Positions 24,517 to 37,625 of a stretch of 64,000 bases of DNA are shown here, piece by piece. The translations under genes and the position numbers were made by a program. The stretch's first letter is position 1, and the number at the start of each line of letters is the position of its first letter. Origin of the DNA: Pecten maximus (lineage: Eukaryota); contig NC_047015.1 of the NCBI RefSeq assembly GCF_902652985.1, positions 45,818,001 through 45,882,000 of the forward strand, read 5' to 3'. The notes beneath the pieces are model-generated. The model was not told the origin of the DNA, searched no databases, and was given only the letters and a program-made list of their open reading frames with translations.

Positions 24517-27500
24517 ATGTGCGCGCAGAAGATTGTCGAGTATGTCTGCTGTCAAGATGGCGGTTGTTGTGAGTGTTGTCTTAATGGAAAAAAGCAGAAA
24601 CTCACTAAATCTGACATTCAGCACTCCTTCAGACATTCAAATTCAAGGCTTGATTCCACTAGTTCAAATGCCGAGAGCTACAAAAGTTTCCGAGATCGCG
24701 TGGAATCGGATTCCGCGACTTCACGAACGGACTCGGTGTCGTCTGCCTCTCAGATCAGCGGCGACTTCCGGAAGGGAATGAACACGCCCATTATTGATAT
24801 GAAGCCAATTGAATTTTGGGCGGCAAACAAAGAAAGTGTTCAACCGCGCCAAGGTCGACGACGTCTTCCAAGTGAAACTGAAATTAGCATCGAAAACTTC
24901 CAGAGAGATTTGTACGAGGTTGAGGAAGATGCCGAGCCGTGTCTGACGGACGAAGAAAAGTTAGCTAAGTTTCAGCTTGGCCAAATACATATAGGTCTAC
25001 AGTACGAAGTATCCACGAAAGTTCTTGTCGTCAAGGTGATTGAATCTAAGGACTTGCCGCCGCCATATTGTTTAGATGAAAACAAACAAGACATGGCTCA
25101 CTCCAATCCTTACTGTAAGGTTTGCTTGTTACCAGACCAGAAAAATTCACAGCAGACTTCCGTACAACGTAAAACACAGAATCCGACTTGGAACGAGTAC
25201 TTCATGTTTGAAATTCCATTCCATGAAGCACAGATGAGAACTCTGGAGATTCTCATCAAAGATTTCGACAGATTTTCGCGCCATTGTATCATTGGACAGG
25301 TGTACCTGCCTCTCTCCAACATCAATCTCATTAAGGGAGGTCACATGTGGAAGCCACTGATGCCAAGCACTAAGGTAACCAAAGTTATGTTATAGATTGG
25401 GACTGTCATGGTCTGGTACACATTCGGGGTTAGGTAACCAACGTTATGTTGTAGATTGGGACTGGGATGGTCTGGTACACATTCGGGGTTAGGTAACCAA
25501 AGTTATGTTGTAGATTGGGACTGGGATGGTCTGGTACAAATTCGGGGTTAGGTAACCAAAGTTATGTTGTAGATTGGGAATGGGATGGTCTGGTACACAT
25601 TCGGGGTTAGGTAACCAAAGTTATGTTGTAGATTGGGACTGGGATGGTCTGGTACACATTCGGGGTTAGGTAACCAAAGTTATGTTGTAGATTGGGAATG
25701 GGATGGTCTGGTACACATTCGGGGTTAGGTAACCAAAGTTATGTTGTAGATTGGGACTGGGATGGTCTGGTTCACATTCGGGGTTAGGTAACCAAAGTTA
25801 TGTTGTAGATTGGGACTGGGATGGTCTGGTACACATTCGGGGTTAGGTAACCAAAGTTATGTTGTAGATTGGGACTGGGATGGTCTGGTACAAATTCGGG
25901 GTTAGGTAACCAAAGTTATGTTGTAGATTGGGAATGGGATGGTCTGGTACACATTCGGGGTAAGGTAACCAAAGTTATGCTGTCATTAAGTGTATGGTGT
26001 ATGATATTTCATTAAGTGTATGGGGTATGATATGTCATTAAGTGTATGGGGGTATGATATGTCATTAACTTTATGGGGTATGATATGTCATTAAGTGTAT
26101 TGGGTATGATATGTCATTAAATGTATGGGGTATGATATGTCATTAAGTGTACGGTGTATGATATGTCATTAAATGTACGGGGTATGATATGTCATTAATT
26201 GTATGGGGTATGATATGTCATTCAGTGTATGGGATATGATATGGCATTAAGTGTATGGGGGTATGATATGTCATTAAGTGTATGGGGGTATGATATGTCA
26301 TTAAGTGTATGGCGGTATGATATGTCATTAAGTGTACGGGGTATGATATGTCATTAATTGTATTGGGTATGATATGTCATTCAGTGTATGGGATATGATA
26401 TGGCATTAAGTGTATTGGGTATGATATGCCATTAAGTGTATTGGGTATGATATGCCATTAAGTGTATGGGGTATGATATGTCATTAAGTGTATGGGGTAT
26501 GATATGTCATTAAGTGTATGGGTTATAATATGTCATTAAGTGTATGGGATATTATATACATGTAAATATGTTTGTGTTTACGGATGCGATACGATATATT
26601 ATGTGGGCGATGGGATGACACAGTGGTAACACAAGTTTACCTTTCAACTAGACAGCTGAGGTTCTTAGTATTCCCCGATCGATTTGGCGTGATAAAATAT
26701 GCGGTCACTAACCTGACCTCATGGGTTTTCTCCGGGAATTTCAGTGTCATCGCAAGATAAGACCCCCCACGTGCTGCCATCTGGACCAATATGAGTAATC
26801 TATAAGTTGGTATAACTTGGTTTGCAATTGTTGTTAAATAAATAACATTTCATTTAATGTGTATGTGATGCCCAAACGTTATCAAGGTATTTTCTCTCAC
26901 TTATATAGTATAAAAAGTAGGCCTTAGAATACATAAACATAAGTTGTGACTTAATTTAATTAACCTATATAGTCTCTATTTATTATGCTGCTTCAAAATT
27001 TCGCACGTGCAGCGCCTTTTTTTTTTTATTTTATCCAGACGCACGCAGTCGATGTCACAGGGACCTGAGAATTTGTTAGTGCTATACATACTAGGGAAGG
27101 TCCAAATGCTGAGATTGTAACAAATTCTCAGGTCCCTGTGATCAATGTGACATTGATTTCATAGTAGATTTGTAGAATACACGTGGTGTTATATTTATAT
27201 ACGGATGTGCTGAGCTATCATAGTTCGATGTGTAAATGCTATCGGAGTAAATGTACATTTAAGCATTGAACAATTTACAGTATACATTTAAGCATTGAAC
27301 TGTTACCAAATGGTAGTATACAGTCGATATGAATGATACTGATATATATATATATATTGACGATTGATAATCACTGGCCGACAGTTACCTAATGCCTTTT
27401 ATGTCTCCTCTCTTATCATCATATCAAGTTATTTTAGATTTTACCCGGTTTTCAATTTAAGTAATTTAAGATTTTTTATCCATGCAATGATATTCATCGT

Positions 27501-30500
27501 GACATGAAATCGTTACATATCAGCTGGGAATTATCGCCGTAAATCGACATGGTACAACATATGGCCATCGTTGTCCTTACTCGATGACTGACCGTAAATG
27601 TTTCAGAGAACATTGTCAATAACAAATCCCAGCCTCGATTACTGTTACTTTACTCAAGCATGCAATACAATACATTACGTATATAATGGCCAATGAAACT
27701 GTTAGCGTAACTTCCGGTACACATTGTATTAGTTAAACATGTAAGTCGGAGCACAGGTGTCTACATCTGGTTATATGGTAGGAGTAGGGACTGATAATTT
27801 CTTTCTATAAATACTAACCAGATACCTGTGGTCGGAGCTACTTGTTGCTATTTTCTAAAATGCGAATTGATTATATCCGCAAGGTCGGGATTTAATTTTC
27901 GAAGGGCACGTTCGTCGTGTCTTCCATTTCGAGGTTTGATGTTACGAAGCTAATGATTCGCGGTTTTCACACTCTCGCGCAACAACGCCTAAACATTCCG
28001 CATTAAATATGATTGAAGATTAGCTGAATGCTTATTTTCGCGCTATATCTAATAACTGCGAATAAAACGGAATTAAACTCGGATATTTGTTTTCTTCTGT
28101 TAATACTAACCAGAAGCAGACGCCTGTAATTATACACATAGTACTTATCAAAATCACTGATCAGACTATAAGCTCTGTTAATTAAATCTTGATTGATTTC
28201 TCTGAATTTGGCTGTGGATAAAAAAACCCATCTGTTTCGTTGCTAATTAATACATACCCCCCCCCCCCCCCCCCCTCTCCCCACACCAGCACCATTACCC
28301 CATTTTTCACTTTTCCATTATAGTTACAATATGTGCTCGCAATCACAGATCCACTTGCGCGGTTGTATAAGGCGACTATGTCTGTTATGTCAATGCCGGG
28401 GAGTGGGGTGGGGGGTGGGAGTGGGGGTTGGGGGTTTGGGGGTTGGGGGGTGGGGGCTGGGGGTGGGGGTTGGGGGGTTGGGGGGTGGGGGTTGGGGGGA
28501 GGAGATCAGACCCAAGGGCGAATAGGCCTTTCCTTTATTGTACATGTATCTTTGTCTGCCCGGATAAAACTAGTAAGGTGTCATTCTAAATATGTCGACC
28601 AACCCGCAGACCACTTGTGTATAACTCAACAATATCTGTGATATATCAATATGTCATTTAATTAAGATTAATCCATATCACAACAATTTTGAAATAAGCT
28701 ATACGCAACTCGGATTCCCGGAGAAAACCCACCTTTTCACTCCTCGTCTTCTTAAATGATGAATGCGCATGTGTTGTAAACTGTGCCACCTGGCAACTGA
28801 CACATATATTAGTGTGGGTTTATTGGAGATATTCGTTGGTGATATATCTTGGTGAAAAGTTGTTGTGTTGGCGGAGTGATTTGATCAGAGTAAGTTGTAG
28901 GTATTTTACTGGAATATGAGTGATGTCTTGGCGGAGTGATTTGATCAGAGAGTAAGTTGTAGGTATTTTACCGGTTATGAGTGATGTGTTGGCGGAGTGA
29001 TTTGATCAGAGAGTAAGTTGTAGGTATTTTACCGGTTATGAGTGATGTGTTGGCGGAGTGATTTGATCAGAGAGTAAGTTGTAGGTATTTTACTGGAATA
29101 TGAGTGATGTGTCGGCGGAGTGATTTGATCAGAGAGTAAGTTGTGGGTATTTTACTGGATTATGAGTGATGTGTTGGCGGAGTGATTTGATCAGAGAGTA
29201 AGTTGTGGGTATTTTACTGGATTATGAGTAATGTGTTGGCGGAGTGATTTGATCAGAGAGTAAGTTGTGGGTATTTTACTGGATTATGAGTGATGTGTTG
29301 GCGGAGTGATTTGATCAGAGAGTAAGTTGTGGGTATTTTACTGGATTATGAGTAATGTGTTGGCTGAATGATTTACAGGAGCGACAGGACCTTGGTGAGA
29401 TTCTCCTGTCCCTGAACTACCTGCCGAGTGCTGGACGACTGAACATCGACGTGATCAAGGCCAAACAGCTCCTACAGACAGACATGGTCGGGGGATCAGG
29501 TAAGTTAGTGATCTGGATAGTCAGACAGACAGACATGGTCGGGGGATCAGGTAAGGTAGTGATCTGGATAGTCAGACAGACAGACGTGGTCGGGGATCAG
29601 GTAGGTTAGTGATCTAGATAGTCAGACAGACAGACATGGTCGGGGGATCAGGTAAGTTAGTGATCTGGATAGTCAGACAGACAGACAGACATGATCGGGG
29701 GATCAGGTAAGTTAGTGATCTGGATAGTCAGACAGACAGACAGACATGATCGGGGGATCAGGTAAGTTAGTGATCTGGATAGTCAGACAAACAGACATGG
29801 TCGGAGGATCAGGTAGGTTAGTGATCTGGATATTCGGACAGACAGACAGACAGACATGATCGGGGGATCAGGTAAGTATGTGATCTGGATAGTCAGACAG
29901 ACAGACAGACAGACATGGTCAGGGGTTCAGGTAAGTATGTGATCTGGATAGTCAGACGGACATGGTCGGGGGATCAGGTAAGTATTCAGACAGACAGACA
30001 CACAGACATGGTCGAGGGATCAGATAAGTATGTGACCTGGATAGTCAGACAGACAGACAGACACACACACAGACATGATCGAGGGATCAGATAAGTATGT
30101 GACCTGGATAGTCAGACAGACAGACATGGTCGGGACCGACAGGCATACTTCGTCGTGGATCAGGTATGTGATTAGGACGGACAGACATACGTGATCGGGG
30201 AATCTGGTTTGTAATCAGGACGGACGGACGGACGGACAGGTGAGGACCAGGTAAGTACATGTATGTAATCTGGACGATCACAGACAAATTGTGGGTCATG
30301 TAAATATGTTATATTGTGACATATACTCTGTTCACGTGTTAATCGTCTTGGTTTTGTATTAGTAATATCAAAGTGACTAATTGTAGTTTTGTGAATTAGA
30401 CTAAGCCTCGAACGGATGTGTTCAATGGTAACGTTGGATTAATAGATGCGCCCAGTGAATGTAACCATGGTATCCAAGACAACGCGTTAACACTCGCTGT

Positions 30501-31335
30501 TTGCTACGAGAGCCCAGATCATATAAAATATTAATATTGACATTTGAATATACATATATAACGTCTTTGTTGTGATGCTGAGCCGCACAGATCAGTCGCT
30601 GTGCCCGAGATACATTCACTCGATTCACAGACTAATTTGAGTGGTCGCTGTCTCACTATTTCTTTAAATCAGCATTAACGTACCTGGTTATAGATAGAAT
30701 CTCCGTAAATTCTTCATTCCCGTGATGTCTACATTATCACATGTACGAAAATTACGGGGGACTTTATTACATTAATTCAGCGTTACCAAATAAAAGCTGC
30801 ACTACATGCATCTGTCCATGCGTACAGTAGCACGTGTGGTAAACAAAGACATTAACAGATGATTGACACTTTGTAGTCAGGTCGCTCTATACCTTGGTAG
30901 ATTGAATTCGATTTATTTATTGACTTTTGGTCCAACAACGATAATAGGAAGATATGTAACTCAATTTAATTACTGTTTACAGACCCTTTCGTGAAGGTCA
31001 CCATGGTTCACTTCGAGAAGCCGATCAAGACCAAGAAAACCACCTGTAAGAAAAATACGATTGACCCTGTTTTCAACGAGTCGGTCAGTTTCAACGTAAC
31101 ACCACAACAGTTGGAAAATACTAGCATCGTTGTAACGGTGTGGGATTATAACTCCAAAAGCCGGGATGATTTCGTGGGTCGAGTAGTTATTGGCAAATAC
31201 GGGACGGGCCCGCACGAGTTCACTCACTGGAGCCGGATGTTAAACTCGCACCGATCACCGGTTGCGCAGTGGCACTCGCTGCGGACCCGCCAAGAATGCG
31301 ACCAGGTTTCACCGGCATCGATAGCTGTGCCATGA
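24517..31335 (+). CDS. SYT17: Synaptotagmin-17 (B/K protein), tandem C2A-C2B
   Basis: Exons 24517-25374, 29379-29499, 30983-31335 join in frame (phases 0, 1; ~443 aa from Met 24517). An acceptor at 24510 suggests an upstream exon. N-terminal Cys cluster, no TM helix; PIIDMKPIEF, LTDEE.L.KFQLG, QDMAHSNPY, LPDQKNS, LSLNYLPSAGRLNIDVI, QWHSLRTRQECDQVSPAS match vertebrate SYT17. Confidence 0.93.
25375..25979 (+). repeat. 59-bp minisatellite, 10 copies, starting exactly at the SYT17 splice donor
   Basis: gtaaccaaagttatgttgtagattgggactgggatggtctggtacacattcggggttag repeated; unit starts 25375, 25434 ... 25965. Confidence 0.95.
25980..26550. repeat. 26-bp minisatellite (atgatatgtcattaagtgtatggggt), ~22 copies
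   Basis: Direct reading; abuts the 59-bp array. Confidence 0.95.
26603..26855 (+). mobile_element. tRNA-derived SINE (family B), degenerate
   Basis: gacacagtggtaacac A-box region, gggttttctccgggaa core, tail ataagttggtataacttg...taaataaat. Homologous to 38585-38800 (-). Confidence 0.7.
27055..27141. mobile_element. 87-bp element with perfect 24-bp terminal inverted repeats (mini-MITE)
   Basis: tcacagggacctgagaatttgtta ... taacaaattctcaggtccctgtga. Confidence 0.75.
28865..29370 (+). repeat. 61-62-bp minisatellite, ~8 copies, running into the SYT17 exon-2 acceptor
   Basis: gtgttggcggagtgatttgatcagagagtaagttgtgggtattttactggattatgagtgat. Confidence 0.93.
29475..30290 (+). repeat. ~51-60-bp minisatellite built from the SYT17 exon-2 3' end plus donor
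   Basis: acagacagacatggtcgggggatcag|gtaagttagtgatctggatagtcag repeated ~12 times with progressive decay. Confidence 0.93.
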
Positions 31336-33049
31336 TGACACTTGGACGTTTCCTAGAAAACTCCCACCGGCAACAACATACTGCAGGCCAGCTAAATGGG
31401 CACAAACAAGCCGACTTTGCTTGTGCTCCAACTCAACACTAATGCTAACAAGCGCCACTTATTGTCCCTCAATTTGGACAAGATGCTGTTTGGTTTATCA
31501 GGATACTTTCAAAACAAAAACAGTATTATAGAACATGCTAATAACATTCCACACGCGAACTTGGTATACAATCTCAATCCTGTCCCCGATATTATATATA
31601 TTTATGGTGTATGAATTTGTACCAAGTCCCTGTGACAAATCATGACAGTTTTATAACTTCAACTCCTGGTATTGTCGTCAGCGATACACACCACTGGGTG
31701 CAACGGAAAACAATAATTATACCGCCGTTAACGGGGGGAAACGACCGCCTACATGGAATCATTTGGTTTATTAGTGTCCGGGGAATTCGTCCAAGTCCAA
31801 GTCACAACTATCCACTTTGTGGTGAACTTTGTGGTGTATAATTTAATGTGTGAACTACACTGTACTTTTATTTCCCTTTAAAAGTATTTTGTCGTGTATA
31901 AAATATGAAATCCATTAAAAAGAAATCCAGCTTAACGTAAAATTTCAGAAGCATGATTTTAACAGGATTTGAGATTGAAGATTTTCAAAATAAGTTTTCT
32001 TGCAACTTATTAGGCTTCCTAGAAATGTGTTTGCTGTTGATATAAATATGTTCTACACTTTCTAGATAACATTTTTTGTTAATCATAACCTCTTTATATA
32101 TGGTATACTTAGTATTCAATAACAAGCAATATTACACCAACTCACAAATATTTGCTAATTGAAGAAACATTGATATAATTAAAGGGTTGGAATAGATACA
32201 TCCTGTTACAATTTGTCTTTATAACACACGCGTTGAGCACCACACACCACTAACTACATCGTGTGTCGAGGATTTTTACTATATTGTTTTTGTTTATGAA
32301 AATGATACGGAACTGCTGGGTGATGCTGATAAATATTGTAAGTGTTGTGGCATTACATTAATTCCTGTTGGTGTGCCGTTAAAATGATGTGACTATTTAA
32401 CCAAGTTATATCTAGATGTACATGTACCGGAACAGGAAGTTTGTGCACAAATTCTAAGATCAAAATCTACATCCGGCGTAGAAAACATGAACACATGGAC
32501 GCTACTTGTGATTAGATGAAAAGTGTTGTCTGCTATATAGTGATTGTTGTAGCAGCCCAACTGATAAAGAGGACATATTTAAATTTAATTTTAGAATATA
32601 TATATTTTTTTCGAAATGACCTGTGTATTATGGAGTATTATGAATTTGTGTCAAAGTACATGTACTGTATATTTTGCGCTGTCGTTATTTATTGAACACA
32701 GATTTATTGACTCTAATCCCACATGTCACCATGGTTGTGTTATTGGTGACAAATGTTGTACAGATGTATGTGTGTTTGCGGCAGACAGCTATATGAATTA
32801 TGTGTGCATTGTTGTTTTAACGATTAGTAAGGTGGAAAAGATAAAAGTTATTTTCCTGTGGAAATGTGACATGATAACTTCATGAATCTATCAGGGATTT
32901 GTATGTGAAAAGTTCTATGTGTCCCGTACTTAGATCACCGTGTCATGATTCGGTCAAATCAAGATGTCGTTATTACAACTCCAGATATCAAATGTCATTG
33001 CGTGTTTGTTCGGTGTTAAAACACACAACTTGTTAGTCAAACCATCACT

Positions 33050-33300
33050 GTTTTAGCTCACCTGACCCTAAGGGCCAAGTGAGTTCGTGACATTCTGTGG
33101 CGTCCGTCCTCCATTGGTCAGTCAACTTTTTTCTATGAATCGCTACTTGTCATAAACACCTTGATCAAATTTGGTGAAGGAGGGTGTTAGCTCAATGGGC
33201 ATATCCTTCATGTTCTGTAGAAATGATAGGATTTTATCCACATTTTGTCTTCGTTGATGAAGGGACTCGCTTTAGTATCAATGGGATCTGACAGTAGGTG
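33050..33300 (+). mobile_element. HINE/Helentron non-autonomous element head
   Basis: ttttagctcacctga...caagtgagtt subterminal inverted repeat, followed by gcgtccgtcc and gtcaactttt. Confidence 0.6.
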
Positions 33301-33389
33301 GGGATGGGGGAACAGGTCTGTATAGCTACGATAAAAGGTCGGGGATTGTGTGCAGGAAACGACTGTAGTTGTGGCGACAGGTTTGAAGT

Positions 33390-36300
33390 GGGGATATGTC
33401 AGTTGTGTGGGTATGTCAGTTGTGGGGATATGTCAGTTGTGTTGGTATGTCAGTTGTGGGGATATGTCAGTTGTGTTGGTATGTCAGCTTTTCTGTGGGC
33501 AGGTCTATAGTGTGGACAGGTCTATAGTGTGGACAGGTCTATAGTGTGGATAGGTCTATAGTGTGGACAGGTCTATAGTGTGTACAGGTCTATAGTGTGG
33601 ACAGGTCTATAGTGTGGACAGGTCTATAGTGTGGACAGGTCTATAGTGTGTACAGGTCTATAGTGTGGACAGGTCTATAGTGTGGACAGGTCTATAATGT
33701 GGACAGGTCTATAGTTGTGTGGACAAGTCTATAGTGTGGACAGGTCTATAGTGTGGACAGGTCTATAGTGTGGATAGTTCTATAGTGTGGACAGGTCTAT
33801 AGTGTGGATAGTTCTATAGTTGTGTCGACAGGTATATAGTGTGTACAGGTCTATAGTGTGTACAGGTCTATAGTGTGGACAGGTCTATAGTGTGGACAGG
33901 TCTATAGTGTGGACAGGTCTATAATGTGGACAGGTCTATAGTTGTGTGGACAGGTCTATAGTGTGGACAGGTATATAGTGTGGACAGGTTTATAGTGTGG
34001 ACAGGTATATAGTGTGTACAGGTCTATAGTGTGGACAGGTCTATAGTGTGGACAGGTTTATAGTGTGTACAGGTATATAGTGTGGACAGGTCTATAGTGT
34101 GGACAGGTCTATAGTGTGGACAGGTCTATAGTGTGGACAGGTCTATAGTGTGGACAGGACTATAGTGTGGACAGGTCTATAGTTGTGTCGACAGGTCTAT
34201 AGTGTGGACAGGTCTATAGTGTGGACAGGTCTATAGTGTGGACAGGTCTATAGTGTGGACAGGTCTATAGTGTGGACAGGTCTATAGTGTGGACAGGTCT
34301 ATAGTGTGGACAGGTCTATAGTGTGGACAGGTCTATAGTGTGGACAGGTCTATAGTGTGGACAGGTCTATAGTGTGGACAGGTCTATAGTGTGGACAGAT
34401 CTATAGTGTGGACAGGTCTATAGTGTGGACAGGTCTATAGTGTGGACAAGTCTATAGTGTGGACAGGTCTATAGTGTGGACAAGTCTATAGTGTGGACAG
34501 GTCTATAGTTGTGTGGACAGATCTATAGTGTGGACAGGTCTATAGTTGTGTGGACAGGTCTATAGTTGTGTGGACAGGTCTATAGTTGTGTGGACAGGTC
34601 TATAGTGTGGACAGGTCTATAGTGTGGACAGGTCTATAGTGTGGACAGGTCTATAGTGTGGACAGGTCTATAGTGTGGGAAGGTCTAGTGTGGACAGGTC
34701 TATAGTGTGGACAGGTCTATAGTGTGGACAGGTCTATAGTATGGACAGGTCTATAGTGTGGACAGGTCTATAGTGTGGACAGGTCTATAGTGTGGACAGG
34801 TCTATAGTATGGACAGGTCTATAGTGTGGACAGGTCTATAGTGTGGACATGTCTATAGTGTGGACAGGTCTATAGTGTGGACATGTCTATAGTGTGGACA
34901 GGTCTATAGTGTGGACAGGTCTATAGTGTGGACAGGTCTATAGTGTGGACAGGTCTATAGTTGTGTCGACAGGTCTATAGTTGTGTCGACAGGTCTATAG
35001 TTGTGTCGACAGGTCTATAGTGTGGACAGGTCTATAGTGTGGACAGGTCTATAGTGTGGACAGGTCTATAGTGTGGACAGGTCTATAGTGTGGACAGGTC
35101 TATAGTTGTGTCGACAGGTCTATAGTTGTGTCGATAGGTCTATAATGTGGACAGGTCTATAGTGTGGACAGGTCTATAGTTGTGTGGACAGGTATATAGT
35201 GTGGACAGGTCTAGAGTGTGGACAGGTCTATAGTGTGGACAGGTCTATAGTGTGGACAGGTCTATAGTTGTGTGGACAGGTCTAGAGTGTGGACAGGTCT
35301 ATAGTGTGGACAGGTCTATAGTTGTGTCGACAGGTCTATAGTGTGGACAGGTATATAGTTGTGTCGACAGGTCTATAGTTGTGTGGACAGATCTATAGTG
35401 TGGACAGGTCTATAGTTGTGTGGACAGGTCTATAGTGTGGACAGGTCTATAGCGTGGACAGGTCTATAGTGTGTACAGGTCTATAGTGTGGACAGGTCTA
35501 TAGTGTGGACAGGTCGATAGTGTGGACAGGTCGATAGTATGGACAGGTCTATAGTGTGGACAGGTCTATAGTGTGGACAGGTCTATAGTGTGGACAGGTC
35601 TATAGTGTGGACAGGTCTATAGTATGGACAGGTCTATAGTATGGACAGGTCTATAGTGTGGACAAGTCTATAGTGTGGACAGGTCTACAGTGTGGACAAG
35701 TCTATAGTGTGGACAGGTCTATAGTGTGGACAGGTCTACAGTGTGGACAGGTCTATAGTGTGTACAGGTCTATAGTGTGTACAGGTCTATAGTGTGTACA
35801 GGTCTATAGTGTGGACAGGTCTATAGTTGTATGGACAGGTCTATAGTTGGGTGGACAGGTCTGTAGTTGTGTGGACAGGTTTATAGTTGTGTGGACAGGT
35901 CTATAGTTGTATGGACAGGTTTATAGTGTGGACAGATCTATAGTTGTGTGGACAGATCTATAGTTGTATGGACAGGTTTATAGTTGTATGGACAGGTTTA
36001 TAGTTGTATGGGCAGATCTATAGTTGTGTGGACAGACACGTAGTTGTGTGGACAGATATATATAGTTGTATGGACAGGTTTATAGTTGTATGGACAGGTT
36101 TATAGTTGTATGGACAGGTCTATAGTTGTGTGGTCAGGTCTATAGTGTGGACAGGTCTATAGTGTGGACAGGTCTATAGTTGTGTGGTCAGGTCTATAGT
36201 TGTGTGGACAGGTCGATAGTTGTGTGGACAGGTATATAGGTATGTAGGTATGTAGGTATGTAGGCAGGTCTATAGGTATGTAGGCAGGTCTATAGGTATG

Positions 36301-37625
36301 TAGGCAGGTCTGTAGTCTGTGCGCCTGTCTATATGTATGTAGGCAGGTCTATATGTATGTAGGCAGGTCTATAGGTATGTAGGCAGGTCTATAGGTATGT
36401 AGGCAGGTCTATATGTATGTAGGCAGATCTATAGGTATGTAGGCAGGTCTATAGTTGTATGGGTAGGTCTATAGTCTGTGCGCCTGTCTATATGTATGTA
36501 GGCAGATCTATAGGTATGTAGGCAGGTCTATAGGTATGTAGGCAGGTCTATAGTTGTATGAGTAGGTCTATAGGTATGTAGGCAGGTCTATAGGTATGTA
36601 GGCAGGTCTGTAGGTATGTAGGCAGGTCTGTAGGTATGTAGGCAGGTCTTTATGTATGTAGGCAGGTATGTAGGTATGTAGGCAGGTCTATAGGTATGTA
36701 GGCAGGTCTATAGGTATGTAGGCAGATCTATAGGTATGTAGGCAGGTCTATATGTATGTAGGCAGGTCTATAGGTATGTAGGCAGGTCTATATGTATTTA
36801 GGCAGGTCTATAGGTATGTAGGCAGGTCTATAGGTATGTAGGCAGGTATGTAGGTATGTAGGCAGGTCTTTAGGTATGTAGGCAGATCTATAGGTATGTA
36901 GGCAGATCTATAGGTATGTAGGCAGGTCTATAGGTATGTAGGCATGTATATATAGGTATGTAGGCAGATCTATAGGTATGTAGGCAGGTATGTAGGTATG
37001 TAGGCAGGTCTATAGGTATGTAGGCAGGTCTGTAGGTATGTAGGCAGGTCTGTAGGTATGTAGGCAGGTCTATAGGTATGTAGGCAGATCTATAGGTATG
37101 TAGGCAGATATATAGGTATGTAGGCAGGTCTATAGGTATGAAGGCAGGTATGTAGGTATGTAGGCAGGTCTGTAGGTATGTAGGCAGGTCTATAGGTATG
37201 TAGGCAGGTCTATAGGTATGTAGGCAGGTCTATAGGTATGTAGGCAGGTCTGTAGGTATGTAGGCAGGTCTATAGGTATGTAGGCAGGTCTGTAGGTATG
37301 TAGGTAGGTCTGTAGGTATGTAGGCAGGTCTGTAGGTATGTAGGCAGGTCTGTAGGTATGTAGGCAGGTCTGTAGGTATGTAGGCAGGTCTGTAGGTATG
37401 TAGGCAGGTCTATAGGTATGTAGGTATGTAGGTAGGTCTATAGGTATGTAGGCAGGTCTGTAGGTATGTAGGCAGGTCTGTAGGTATGTAGGTAGGTCTA
37501 TAGGTATGTAGGTATGTAGGTAGGTCTGTAGGTATGTAGGCAGGTCTATAGGTATGTAGGTAGGTCTATAGGTATGTAGACAGGTATGTAGGTATGTAGA
37601 CAGGTCTATAGGTATGTAGGCAGGT
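33390..37625. repeat. Compound satellite: ~19-bp gggatatgtcagttgtgt, then 17/20-bp gtgtggacaggtctata (33500-36230), then 20-bp taggtatgtaggcaggtcta (36230-37625)
   Basis: Direct reading. Confidence 0.95.

Noticed and set aside
28331-28641. Gly/Trp-rich ORFs
   Set aside because: Translation of the G-rich low-complexity tract.
10070-37625. Ribozyme cores in the other minisatellites
   Set aside because: By eye, no C(U/C)GANGA...GAAA arrangement with flanking helices on either strand.
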